Shown: positions 15,798-24,645 of the stretch, one piece after another
Layout of the letters: each line of letters begins with the position of its first letter
Numbering within the stretch: the first letter of the stretch is position 1
From: Candidatus Rifleibacteriota bacterium
GTDB taxonomy: Bacteria > Muiribacteriota > Ozemobacteria > Ozemobacterales > Ozemobacteraceae
NCBI GenBank assembly: GCA_051747585.1
Contig: JBNJGH010000041.1
Coordinates: 1 to 25,135, forward strand
DNA length: 25,135 nt
Direction of reading: 5' to 3'
Made by a program: the position numbers and the translations under genes
Notes under the pieces: generated by a model
Database searches by the model: none
What the model was told of the DNA's origin: nothing
The model's input: the letters and a program-made list of their open reading frames with translations, nothing else

Positions 15798-16430
15798 TTA
15801 GAAATTGCCTGCCTGGTAGAATTTGTCATTGGGTTTTGGAAAAAAGGAAGGAGTTTCGAACTCTGCCGATGATTCGAGAATATTCTCCATTATTTCAAGA
15901 CTTTCAACACCTCTGGAGTGTAGCTCTGTGCCGGGGAAAAGGGGAAGACAGCCACAAAAAGCCTTCATATCCCGAACAACAGGAATAAAGCCCAGAGACC
16001 AGCAATCTTTACAGCCGGATACAGCGAAAAACAAGCAGCGATGCTCGGGAAAAAGCTTGACCACGTCATCATCTGTTGCACGATTAGACTCATCTATCAT
16101 AAACAACACCGGCAATTTACGGGAAAAATCGTTCTCAATCAGGGAGAAAATCTCCTGAGCCCCTGCTTCGTCATTTAGCAGACAAATATCGATACCGGCC
16201 CATTGCATAAGCTTCCAGATAAACCCCTGGGAATGTTTTTTCCTTACAACAACAACAAATGGAGTTGAAAAAAATCTGAAAGCATTCAGCAGAGAAATCA
16301 AGCCCCGGTTTCTTGTAATTATAACATCAGCCTCTGAGCCGGTTATCTCATTCTCACCAAGAATGGTAAAAAAAGGGAAAAAGACGCTGCCAAGAAACCT
16401 GGCAGCGCTTCTAAATATAAAAAAACTCAT
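15798..16430 (-). CDS. Hypothetical protein resembling a degenerate PlsC/LPLAT acyltransferase fold
   Basis: Layout resembles PlsC (ILGENEI, then DVIITRNRG, then a K..IWKLMQWAG.I segment, then VLFMIDE), but the HX4D and FPEG motifs are missing. Starts 12 nt after the previous gene. Confidence 0.45.
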   Translation of the reverse strand: MSFFIFRSAARFLGSVFFPFFTILGENEITGSEADVIITRNRGLISLLNAFRFFSTPFVVVVRKKHSQGFIWKLMQWAGIDICLLNDEAGAQEIFSLIENDFSRKLPVLFMIDESNRATDDDVVKLFPEHRCLFFAVSGCKDCWSLGFIPVVRDMKAFCGCLPLFPGTELHSRGVESLEIMENILESSAEFETPSFFPKPNDKFYQAGNF

Positions 16431-16442
16431 AAGGCTTTTATT

Positions 16443-16928
16443 CTATTCATCATCCTGACGAACGTCAGGAACACGCTCATAAATGCGGTCTATATCATAA
16501 CGATGCATGGCTTCGGAAAGAATAAAAGCCTGAATCAAAGTTTTACGATTAAAGGCAAAGTTATTGTCATCAGCGTCAGAAAAGGAGGAGCTTCTTTTTG
16601 ATGAAGCAGGTAAAAGGCTTGCATTATCTTCTAATGGAGGGAACTCGAGAGAGCTTGTATCAATTTCCTCTTTTTTTCTTTTCTTCTGCTTTTTTCTGGA
16701 TTTTTTTTGTTTTCTTTCCTTCTTTTCCAGGGTGGTTTGCCCCATTAGCCCGGCATTTGATGCGTGCATGCCTGAGCTGCCGGGGGTTGGCCCGGATTTT
16801 CCTTTAACAAAGTCTTCAATATTAGAAAGGTCAGAAAAGTCGAAATCAAGATCTTTTTCTTTTTTCTTTTTATTAACTTCGGACCATATCGAAAAGATAA
16901 TAGCCAGAACAATAATAACTAATTCCAA
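16443..16928 (-). CDS. YqfB-like hypothetical membrane-anchored protein downstream of floA
   Basis: N-terminal TM (LVIIVLAIIFSIW), Lys-rich low-complexity middle, C-terminal RKTLIQAFILSEA resembling the L..A...SE tail of YqfB-type proteins. TTG start with GGGAG SD. Same position as yqfB in the B. subtilis yqeZ-floA-yqfB operon. Confidence 0.65.
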   Translation of the reverse strand: MELVIIVLAIIFSIWSEVNKKKKEKDLDFDFSDLSNIEDFVKGKSGPTPGSSGMHASNAGLMGQTTLEKKERKQKKSRKKQKKRKKEEIDTSSLEFPPLEDNASLLPASSKRSSSFSDADDNNFAFNRKTLIQAFILSEAMHRYDIDRIYERVPDVRQDDE

Positions 16929-16944
16929 AATTTAAAACTCCCGT

Positions 16945-17928
16945 TTAGTTGTTTCTTCTGGGCTGTGGTGGCTCCACCAGAGTAGAAAAAGATTTTCTCA
17001 TATCTGTATCTGAATTGATATTTTTGAGAGTATAATAATCAAGGATACCCATATTACCCTCTTTAAGAGCATCGGAAACAGCTTGAGGCACCTGAGCTTC
17101 AGCTTCAACCAGCTTGGCTTTCATTTCCTGTTCCATAGCTTTCATTTCCTGTTCTTTAGCTTCAGCCATAGCTCTTCTTTCAGCTGCTTTAGCCTGGGCA
17201 ATCTGCATATCAGCTTTAGACTGATCAATCTGCAGTTTTGCACCTATATTTTCACCGACATCAACATCGGCAATATCAATAGAAAGGATTTCAAACGCGG
17301 TATTTGAATCGAGTCCCTTTTCCTGAATAGTTCTTGAAATTTTATCGGGATTTTCAAGAATATCTTCGTGACTAGCCGCAGAGCCAATTGTAGTAACAAT
17401 ACCTTCGCCTACACGGGCAAGAATTGTTTCTTCGGTAGCACCACCAACCAGTTTATTGATATCGGCTTTTACCGTTACCCTGGCAATCGCCTTTACCTGA
17501 ATACCGTTTTTAGCCATGGCTGCAACCAGAGGAGTCTGAATAACCTTGGGCTTAACGCACAGCTTTACGGCGTCAAGCACATCACGCCCGGCGAGATCGA
17601 TAGCGGTTGCCTGTTTAAAGGAAAGATTTATGCCGGCTTTTTGGGCAGCGATAAGAGCAGAAGCAACTTTGGAAACATCACCGCCTGCCAGAAAATGCGA
17701 TTCAAGGGCCTGCAAAGAGATTTCAATGCCACCCTTTTTAGCCATAATCGCCGGATTGATAATGGCATGAGGAGAAACTCTTCTAAATCTCATACCGATA
17801 AAGTCGAGTGGATTAACCTTTACGTCAGAAGCCATAGCACTCAACCACAAGCCTACCGGAACAAAGTAGGTAAAAATAAAGAACGCGACAATACCAATTA
17901 TGGCACCAAAAATTATCATTCCAGGCAT
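16945..17928 (-). CDS. floA: Flotillin-like protein FloA (YqfA)
   Basis: [111 protein letters not shown]. Confidence 0.95.
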   Translation of the reverse strand: MPGMIIFGAIIGIVAFFIFTYFVPVGLWLSAMASDVKVNPLDFIGMRFRRVSPHAIINPAIMAKKGGIEISLQALESHFLAGGDVSKVASALIAAQKAGINLSFKQATAIDLAGRDVLDAVKLCVKPKVIQTPLVAAMAKNGIQVKAIARVTVKADINKLVGGATEETILARVGEGIVTTIGSAASHEDILENPDKISRTIQEKGLDSNTAFEILSIDIADVDVGENIGAKLQIDQSKADMQIAQAKAAERRAMAEAKEQEMKAMEQEMKAKLVEAEAQVPQAVSDALKEGNMGILDYYTLKNINSDTDMRKSFSTLVEPPQPRRNN

Positions 17929-18016
17929 TAAAAAAACCCTCCTGCATCAAAAAATGCTTTAAACTATTATTCGTTAATAATCGAACAAAAACAGCTACAA
18001 AGTCAAGCCATAAAGA

Positions 18017-18685
18017 CTAATTTTCCTCTTGCCCTTCTTCTATCTCATTTATAGTTACTATCATCCGACCATTATTTACCCTTATAATTTTAACCGGCTT
18101 ATCTTTGTCTATAAATTCGCAATCCGACATAACATCGAGTCGCTCACCATCAACTACAACTATTCCGCTGGGGCGCAACATGGTTTTGGTTTTACCGGTT
18201 TTTCCGACCCATTTTTGCAAATCTTCGACAGCGATACAACCGTCACCGACTGAAGACTCTGCCTCAAGAACAAATCTTTTGCCCATACTGGTGCCTGGGA
18301 AAAAATAAAAAAACCAGATAATCAATAAAGCAAGCCCAATTAAAGAAAGAGCTGTCGCCGCCATAGCCATACCCATTGTCAGCTTCATAAAAGCCAGGGC
18401 AAGGCCGACACCAAGCATTAGAAGGCCTATGATACCAGCGATTCCAAATCCGGGAATAATGGCAATCTCGATAAACATAAACAGAAAACCACCAAGCATA
18501 AGCCCAACGATAGTTACGCCCCAGGCGGGTTTCGATTCTTTATTTTCTTCGGTTGCGAAATCAGGACTATCTATTTTCTCGGGTATTACCTCATTTTCTG
18601 CGCTTTCTGCCTGAGCAAAAGCCGGCAAGGAAAGCAACAACAACACAGGGATCAGCAAAAAAAGAGTAAAATTTTTCATTTTCAT
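18017..18685 (-). CDS. Short NfeD-family membrane protein (signal peptide, TM bundle, OB-fold; no protease domain)
   Basis: Signal peptide ending AFA-Q, FIEIAIIPGFGIAGIIG, and C-terminal VGKTGKTKTMLRPSG..VDGERLDVMS..FI.K...V.I. GAGGA SD. Confidence 0.88.
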   Translation of the reverse strand: MKMKNFTLFLLIPVLLLLSLPAFAQAESAENEVIPEKIDSPDFATEENKESKPAWGVTIVGLMLGGFLFMFIEIAIIPGFGIAGIIGLLMLGVGLALAFMKLTMGMAMAATALSLIGLALLIIWFFYFFPGTSMGKRFVLEAESSVGDGCIAVEDLQKWVGKTGKTKTMLRPSGIVVVDGERLDVMSDCEFIDKDKPVKIIRVNNGRMIVTINEIEEGQEEN

Positions 18686-18708
18686 TATATCCTCAACAAA
18701 AACTATAG

Positions 18709-20064
18709 CTATTCGGTCAACTGTCTTACAACGATTTTGGTTCCAATGACTTTACGAACCGCAACCCTCTGACCCTTCTCGATAAAATCACCATCAGAAA
18801 CTACATCATAACGCTCATCGCCGATTTTTACTATACCCGATGGGCGACATGAGGAAACAGTTATTCCTTCAAGTCCATTCAAATGATCATAAACATTCTG
18901 GTCGGCAGCAATAAATCCATCATCGGAAGAAATTTCTTCTTTAAGAATAAAACGGTTAAAAAGACTGATTTTCGGGCCCCAATAATAGATTGCAAGTAAA
19001 AATAACAACGAATAGGTTATTATACTCGCAAAAGCATAGAGAGCAGAATATATACCGCCAAAAACAAGAATAATACTGAAACTTATGGCAATTATTCCGC
19101 CAATCCCGGTAATGCCAAAGCCGGGAACCACAAAAATCTCAAGAACAATCAAAACCAACCCGACAACAAACAAAATTATTGTTTCAAGCCCGGCCAGATA
19201 GGCAAACAGGTGCCCACCAAAAAACAAGCCCAGAAAGACTACACCAAGCCACCCAAAAAAGCCAAAACCGGTAATAAAGAATTCAATTACCAGGCACCAG
19301 AAACCAAGCGTAAAAATAATTACACTTATATTCGGGTTTGTGAGCCACCTGGCAATCCACTCAGCCGACGTAGGTTTTTCTTCTACCAGGGTCGCTCCCT
19401 CCATGTCCATTACGCGAAGGATGGTGGAAACTGAAGCGACAATTTTATCGCAATATCCGTGTTCAAGGGCAGTTTCAGATGTAAGAGTGAGAATTTTACC
19501 TTTATCTACCAGCCCCGGAATAGTATCATGATTTTTATCTACCATTGCACCGGCAAGAGCCTTGGGACGCTTACGTGCTTCGGCGGCAGATTCGAACTCT
19601 CCTCTGAAAGCAGATACAAATTTTTCTTCTGCGGCCTTAACCCCGCTTCCCATTAGCTTGATCGGAGTTGCAGCCCCCATTTCGCAGCCGGGTTCCATAA
19701 AAATTTTATGACAGGAAATAGTAATCAAAGCTGCGGCGGACAAAGCTCGACCACGCACGTAGCCCACAGTTGTCACCTTGGAGCGCAACAAAGCATCTTT
19801 TATTTCCTGCGCTGCTGTAACCAGGCCACCGTTGGAATTGATCTCGAGAATGACGGCGTCGAATTCTTCTTTTTCGGCCTTTCTCAGCATGCGTTGAACG
19901 AAAAAAGACAAGCCGGAATCAATTTCCTGCCGAACCGGAACAATCATTATCCGCTGCTTTTCTGCTGCAATAACGGGACTGATCGCTGAAGAACAAAAAA
20001 CAAAAAGCATAATAAACCCCATGAAAATCTTGAAGATTCTCATGGGGTTTGAATTAACTAACAT
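18709..20064 (-). CDS. Long NfeD-family (YqeZ-like) membrane-bound ClpP-class serine protease
   Basis: LEINSNGG, ALSAAALI (Ser), MGAATP, EEK (Lys), AMVD, LTLT..A..GY, TM bundle with PGFG, C-terminal RPSG OB-fold. Start is probably ATG 20064 or 20043; the 20145 start overlaps rpsU. Confidence 0.9.
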   Translation of the reverse strand: MLVNSNPMRIFKIFMGFIMLFVFCSSAISPVIAAEKQRIMIVPVRQEIDSGLSFFVQRMLRKAEKEEFDAVILEINSNGGLVTAAQEIKDALLRSKVTTVGYVRGRALSAAALITISCHKIFMEPGCEMGAATPIKLMGSGVKAAEEKFVSAFRGEFESAAEARKRPKALAGAMVDKNHDTIPGLVDKGKILTLTSETALEHGYCDKIVASVSTILRVMDMEGATLVEEKPTSAEWIARWLTNPNISVIIFTLGFWCLVIEFFITGFGFFGWLGVVFLGLFFGGHLFAYLAGLETIILFVVGLVLIVLEIFVVPGFGITGIGGIIAISFSIILVFGGIYSALYAFASIITYSLLFLLAIYYWGPKISLFNRFILKEEISSDDGFIAADQNVYDHLNGLEGITVSSCRPSGIVKIGDERYDVVSDGDFIEKGQRVAVRKVIGTKIVVRQLTE

Positions 20065-20074
20065 ACTCACTGAA

Positions 20075-20257
20075 TTATCTGCGCCTTCTTTGCTTACGGC
20101 GAGCTTCAGCAGCTTTTCTTTTCTGCTTTTCACTTGGTTTTTCATACGCTCTTCGGCGTTTGATTTCCTTAATAATACCAGCTTCCTGACATTTCTTTTG
20201 AAAACGTTTTAAAGCTTTTTCAATAGGTTCATCTCTTAGTACTTTTACTTCTGCCAT
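20075..20257 (-). CDS. rpsU: 30S ribosomal protein bS21
   Basis: EPIEKALKRFQKKCQEAGIIKEIKRRRAYEKPSEK; strong SD upstream. Confidence 0.97.
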   Translation of the reverse strand: MAEVKVLRDEPIEKALKRFQKKCQEAGIIKEIKRRRAYEKPSEKQKRKAAEARRKQRRRR

Positions 20258-20311
20258 CTTATGTCACCCCCCCTCCTGATCGTAATCAGACGAGGCTATT
20301 CCTCTTTATTA

Positions 20312-20653
20312 TCAGCCTGGTGGCCAGGTCATAGTCCGTTTTCCCAGCACATGAAAGTGCAAATGAAAAACAGTCTGACCGCCTTCAGCACCATAATTCG
20401 CAACAACTCTGAAGCCTTCTTCGAGACCTTGTTCAGCTGCTATTTTCTGAATAACAGAAAAAACTTCTGACAACATCTTACCATCTCTGGCTTCATCACT
20501 GGTCAAACCACTAATATGCCCGGTCGGAATAACCAGAATATGAACGGGTGCCTGCGGATTTATATCGTTAAAGGCAACGACATTTTCATCTCGATAGACT
20601 ATATCTGCAGGAATATCTCCATTAACTATTTTACAAAAAAGACAATCGCTCAT
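20312..20653 (-). CDS. hit: Histidine triad nucleotide-binding protein (HinT/Hit)
   Basis: DCLFCKI, AFNDINPQAPVHILVIP, GQTVFHLHFHVLG, WPPG. Confidence 0.95.
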   Translation of the reverse strand: MSDCLFCKIVNGDIPADIVYRDENVVAFNDINPQAPVHILVIPTGHISGLTSDEARDGKMLSEVFSVIQKIAAEQGLEEGFRVVANYGAEGGQTVFHLHFHVLGKRTMTWPPG

Positions 20654-20662
20654 AATGCTAAA

Positions 20663-20692
20663 ATACTACAATCTTAGAAGTTTAACTGTCAA
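20663..20692 (-). promoter_or_regulatory. Sigma70-type promoter of the hit-rpsU-nfeD-floA cluster
   Basis: Minus strand TTGACA (20692-20687), 18-nt spacer, TAGTAT (20668-20663). Only 9 nt separate the -10 box from the hit ATG. Confidence 0.65.
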
Positions 20693-20723
20693 CCTTTTTT
20701 TGTACCCTCAATATATTTCGCTG

Positions 20724-20752
20724 TTGACTTTTTAATATTTTGTGAATATAAT
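20724..20752 (+). promoter_or_regulatory. Near-consensus sigma70 promoter for the leader ORF and ABC exporter operon
   Basis: TTGACT (20724-20729), 17-nt spacer, TATAAT (20747-20752). Confidence 0.85.
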
Positions 20753-20795
20753 CTTTTTCAGTTAAATTAATTTTTAAATCGGAGGCGCGAAGAAT

Positions 20796-20858
20796 ATGGT
20801 TTTTATCAATTATCATGTAATAAATTCGGCCTTCGTATGCTCGGTTCATATCGATTAG
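20796..20858 (+). CDS. Putative 20-aa attenuator leader peptide MVFINYHVINSAFVCSVHID
   Basis: GGAGG SD at 20781-20785, ATG 20796, TAG 20856-20858. Lies between the promoter and a terminator that precede the ABC genes. Too short to appear in the supplied ORF track. Confidence 0.7.
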   Translation: MVFINYHVINSAFVCSVHID

Positions 20859-20872
20859 TTTTTAAGCTGATT

Positions 20873-20910
20873 AAAAGCGGGTTGTCATACGCAGGCAACC
20901 CGCTTTTTTT
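20873..20910 (+). terminator. Intrinsic terminator (attenuator) in the 5' leader of the ABC exporter
   Basis: GCGGGTTGTC-atacgca-GGCAACCCGC followed by T7 (10-bp stem including one G-U pair), ending about 40 nt before the ABC ATG. Confidence 0.85.
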
Positions 20911-20951
20911 ATTGCAAATCAAGCCAGATAACCAAAACAAAGCTCAATATT

Positions 20952-22754
20952 ATGAAAAAAAACAACAAAAAATCAGTATTAAAAAGACTTCTGCCATTTT
21001 TCAAACCCCATCTGGGCAAATTTATAATGGCAGTGATTTCCATGCTTATAGTAACCGGCGTACACCTTGCCCGCCCAATGATACTTAGAAGTGTTATAGA
21101 CTCGGCCATACCGCAAAAAGACTTCAACCTTGCAATGAAGTTAGCCGGCGCATTTGTTTTTATTTTAATACTTGGTGCATCCGCCATGTATTTAAGGGTA
21201 AAACTCATGGCCAGACTCGGAGCGGAAGTTGTAGCTGAAATTAAACGAAAGCTTTTCAATCACATACTTTCGCAGGGCATGCGTTTTTTCGACCTAAACC
21301 AGTCGGGCAAACTTATAACCAGAACAGAATCAGATGCCAACCAGTTAAAAACGCTTTTTACTCAATCGACTGCCCAATTGGTCGCGAGCATAATGTTAAT
21401 ATTCGGCACTATTTTTGTACTCCTGTACGAAGATGTCTACATAGGCCTTTTCGCCATTTTTGCTATTTTTTTCGTCAGCTTTCTCATGATATTCTATTTG
21501 TCTTTTATTAGAAGTATCTACACCAGAGCTCGCGAAAAAAACAGCCAGCTGACCGGTTATTTGACTGAATTTATTCAGGGAGTTCCGCTGATCAAAATTC
21601 ATGGTCGCGAAAAAGATATAAAAGAAAGAATGCATCAATATAACAAGGAAAAAGCTGATCTTGAGTGCAAAGCCTCGTTTATCGAATTTACAGTTTTTTC
21701 TTCGACCTTCAGATTTTGCACTGAAGTTGGCGCTATTATGGCGATATTTGCTTACTGCAGCACCAAAGTATATCAGGGCACTATGACTGTAGGAACTCTG
21801 GTAATGTACATTGAATTGCTCAGACAATTTTTCCGCCCTCTTGAATATCTGGTTGAAACCCTTGCCCAGCTTCAATCGTCACTGGCTGCAGGCATAAGAG
21901 TATTCGACATTCTCGACACCAATCCATCGGTAAAAGACGAGGGCAGCCTGGAAAAGAGGGCTTGCTTGAAAAAGCAGATCGAATTCAACAGGGTTTCGTT
22001 TTCCTACGACAAAGAAACTGTGTTGAGTGATGTCTGCTTTAAAATTCCCAAAGGCAGGCAGCTTGCTATTGTCGGGGCTTCAGGCTCGGGAAAAACAACC
22101 TGTGTAAATCTGCTTTTACGATTTTATGATCCGGCAAGCGGAAAGATAACAATAGACGGAGTCGACATAAAAGACTTCAGTCTGGAAAACTGGCGAAAGA
22201 AAATTGCGCTGGTATTACAGGAAATTTATCTTTTTCCCGGAACAATCATGGAAAATCTCAAAGCATTTCATACCGATATCGACGACGAAACTGTCATTAC
22301 AGCCTCAAAGGAGCTTGGAGCCCATGAATTTATTACCAGACAACCGAATGGTTATCACACCCTTCTGGCTGAGCGGGGTTCCAATCTTTCTTACGGTGAA
22401 AGGCAGCTACTTTCATACACAAGAGCACTTATAAAAGATCCTGAACTACTAATACTTGACGAGGCAACCTCTTCGGTTGATGTAATTACCGAGAAAAAGT
22501 TACAGGCCTCGATGGAAAAATTGATGAAAGGCAGAACATCATTGGTTATAGCCCATAGATTGTCAACCATTCGCAAGGCAGACAATATTCTGGTTTTCTC
22601 TCAGGGTCGATTAATCCAACAAGGAGACCATGATCACCTTATAAGACAAGAAGGCACTTACAGAGAACTGGTTAAAATACAGGCTACCGACATCGAACTG
22701 CCTGAAACGGTTCAGATTAAGGCCTCTGCCATAACCGAAGGAGCGGTTATATGA
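20952..22754 (+). CDS. Heterodimeric type IV ABC exporter, subunit with canonical catalytic Glu (MdlB/BmrD-like)
   Basis: TMD plus NBD: Walker A GASGSGKT, non-canonical signature LSYGERQ, Walker B LILDEATS, H-loop IAHRLST. Confidence 0.92.
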   Translation: MKKNNKKSVLKRLLPFFKPHLGKFIMAVISMLIVTGVHLARPMILRSVIDSAIPQKDFNLAMKLAGAFVFILILGASAMYLRVKLMARLGAEVVAEIKRKLFNHILSQGMRFFDLNQSGKLITRTESDANQLKTLFTQSTAQLVASIMLIFGTIFVLLYEDVYIGLFAIFAIFFVSFLMIFYLSFIRSIYTRAREKNSQLTGYLTEFIQGVPLIKIHGREKDIKERMHQYNKEKADLECKASFIEFTVFSSTFRFCTEVGAIMAIFAYCSTKVYQGTMTVGTLVMYIELLRQFFRPLEYLVETLAQLQSSLAAGIRVFDILDTNPSVKDEGSLEKRACLKKQIEFNRVSFSYDKETVLSDVCFKIPKGRQLAIVGASGSGKTTCVNLLLRFYDPASGKITIDGVDIKDFSLENWRKKIALVLQEIYLFPGTIMENLKAFHTDIDDETVITASKELGAHEFITRQPNGYHTLLAERGSNLSYGERQLLSYTRALIKDPELLILDEATSSVDVITEKKLQASMEKLMKGRTSLVIAHRLSTIRKADNILVFSQGRLIQQGDHDHLIRQEGTYRELVKIQATDIELPETVQIKASAITEGAVI

Positions 22755-24562
22755 AACAGCAAAAACAACTAAAACAAAGCCGCCGCTATTATTTGCAATG
22801 GATATGGAAGCAGTACAAAAATCATAAAAAAATGATACTGTTTCTGCTTGCTCTTACTGCATTATCAACCCTTATAGCGGTTCTATTTCCGATAGTCTTC
22901 AAATATATCATCGATAATCTTGTCTCTGGACTCGAAAAATTTCAGGCAGGAGAAATAAGTCTTAAAACAGCGAAATCAGAGCGCAACAAGATGCTTCTCA
23001 TGCTTCTTGCAATGGGTTTAGGGCCGGTTTTCTCAGGTATATATCCTTATTTCAGAGCAAAGATGAATATTACCTTTGAAATATATTTTCGAGAGAAATT
23101 CTTTGGAGAAATTCTGGCTAAAGGTCACAAATTCTTTTTAAGATATAGAACCGGCGATCTTGTTACCAGGCTTACCGAAGACATACGAACCTGGCCGCCT
23201 GGTCTATCCTGGCTGTGCTGCTCCGGTATTTTCAGAGCAGTAAATTCGGCCAGTATTATATTCTTCTGTCTGGCAACCATGATGTATCTCAACTGGAAAC
23301 TGGCTCTACTTGCCTGTATACCAATGCCGATTATGCTTTATATCTTTATAAAACTTGAAACCCAGTTTGGACAAAGCTTTAAAGATTTACAGACCGGCAT
23401 GTCAGAAGGAAACGACTTTCTTGAGGCGGCTTATTCGGGAATTAAAATAATCTCTTCTTTCAATTCTCAAAAACCTCAAAAGAAACTATTTTCCGATCAT
23501 CTACAAAAACGAATTAAACAGGAAATCAAAGTAGACTCGCTATGGGGCGTGTTTATGATGTTTTTTGAGTTTCTAAATTACATCGGCGAACTTCTGGTGC
23601 TTATCTTTGGTGGCTTGATGGTTATTAAAGGAGAGCTGACCCTGGGAACCTATTACGCATTCTTCAGTTATCTGGGCATGATAATTTATCCGCTGATGGA
23701 TATTCCAATGTTGCTGGTAACTTTAACTCAGGCTTGCGTAGCAATAGACCGGCTCGAAGAATTGCAAGCTGCAGAACGCGAATGGCAGGAAAACGACAGC
23801 GAAGGCACCTTTGCAATTGATGAGATAAGAAACATCGAGTTAAAAGACATTTGCTTCAAACACAATCCCCTTGACCCCGGAAATAATGAGCACAAACCAT
23901 TTGAGTTCAAAAACCTCAACTTTGGTATTAAACGAGGCGAAAAGATTGCGGTTGTAGGTAAAATAGGCTCAGGTAAAACCACCTTTTTAAACCTGATTGC
24001 CGGCATGGTTCAGCCTGACGAGGGAAAAATTCTTGTAAACGACAAATCAATCGATGAAATCAGCAAAAGTTCGTTTAGAGATAAAATTGGCTATATTCAG
24101 CAAGAGCCAACTATTTTTTCCGAAACGGTTCATATGAACATAGATTTCTGGCGCAACAACCCGGAATCTTTAATAAAATCATGCGCCAGGCTTGCCCAGT
24201 TCGAAGATGAAGTGATGGCATTTCCCAGTGGTTACTCAGAAGCAGTAGGGCAAAGGGGCGTCACCCTTTCAGGCGGCCAGCGTCAACGTCTTTCTATTGC
24301 CAGAGCTCTTGCGGGAGAACCTGAACTTCTGCTCATGGACGACATAACCGCAAGCCTGGATGCGGCAAATGAACAACAATTATGGGCAGATCTGAACTAT
24401 AAATTCAACAGTATCAGCTGCATAATTGTTACTCATCGTCTGGCAACAGCAATGATGGCCGACCGCATTGTAGTTCTTGACAATGGTGGCATAGCAGCCA
24501 TTGGCACCCATGAAAAATTGATTAAAGAATGCCCCATTTATAAAGAACTTGCCCACAGCTGA
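22751..24562 (+). CDS. Heterodimeric type IV ABC exporter, subunit with degenerate Walker B (MdlA/BmrC-like)
   Basis: ATGA overlap with the previous gene; RTGDLVTRLTED; Walker A GKIGSGKT; signature LSGGQRQ; Walker B LLMDD. Confidence 0.92.
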   Translation: MKQQKQLKQSRRYYLQWIWKQYKNHKKMILFLLALTALSTLIAVLFPIVFKYIIDNLVSGLEKFQAGEISLKTAKSERNKMLLMLLAMGLGPVFSGIYPYFRAKMNITFEIYFREKFFGEILAKGHKFFLRYRTGDLVTRLTEDIRTWPPGLSWLCCSGIFRAVNSASIIFFCLATMMYLNWKLALLACIPMPIMLYIFIKLETQFGQSFKDLQTGMSEGNDFLEAAYSGIKIISSFNSQKPQKKLFSDHLQKRIKQEIKVDSLWGVFMMFFEFLNYIGELLVLIFGGLMVIKGELTLGTYYAFFSYLGMIIYPLMDIPMLLVTLTQACVAIDRLEELQAAEREWQENDSEGTFAIDEIRNIELKDICFKHNPLDPGNNEHKPFEFKNLNFGIKRGEKIAVVGKIGSGKTTFLNLIAGMVQPDEGKILVNDKSIDEISKSSFRDKIGYIQQEPTIFSETVHMNIDFWRNNPESLIKSCARLAQFEDEVMAFPSGYSEAVGQRGVTLSGGQRQRLSIARALAGEPELLLMDDITASLDAANEQQLWADLNYKFNSISCIIVTHRLATAMMADRIVVLDNGGIAAIGTHEKLIKECPIYKELAHS

Positions 24563-24578
24563 TAAGAATTACTTTAAT

Positions 24579-24616
24579 AAAAAAAGCACAGAGCATTTTA
24601 AGCTCTGTGCTTTTTT
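24579..24616. terminator. Bidirectional intrinsic terminator between convergent genes
   Basis: A7-GCACAGAGC-attttaa-GCTCTGTGC-T6. Confidence 0.9.
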
Positions 24617-24645
24617 GCAGGTTAGTTTAACCTGTACTTTTAAGC

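Noticed and set aside
16660..16730. Pyrimidine-rich low-complexity tract
   Set aside because: Explained by the Lys/Arg-rich coding segment of the yqfB-like gene; not a repeat element.
17975..18006. TTGACT upstream of floA as an internal promoter
   Set aside because: No acceptable -10 box at 16-18 nt spacing.
20065..20145. N-terminal extension of NfeD overlapping rpsU
   Set aside because: Overlaps a conserved ribosomal protein gene in another frame; the signal-peptide-like segment starts after ATG 20064/20043.
20837..21088. 83-aa plus-strand ORF crossing the attenuator
   Set aside because: No SD, runs through the terminator and overlaps the ABC gene out of frame; the SD-preceded 20-codon ORF is the better candidate.
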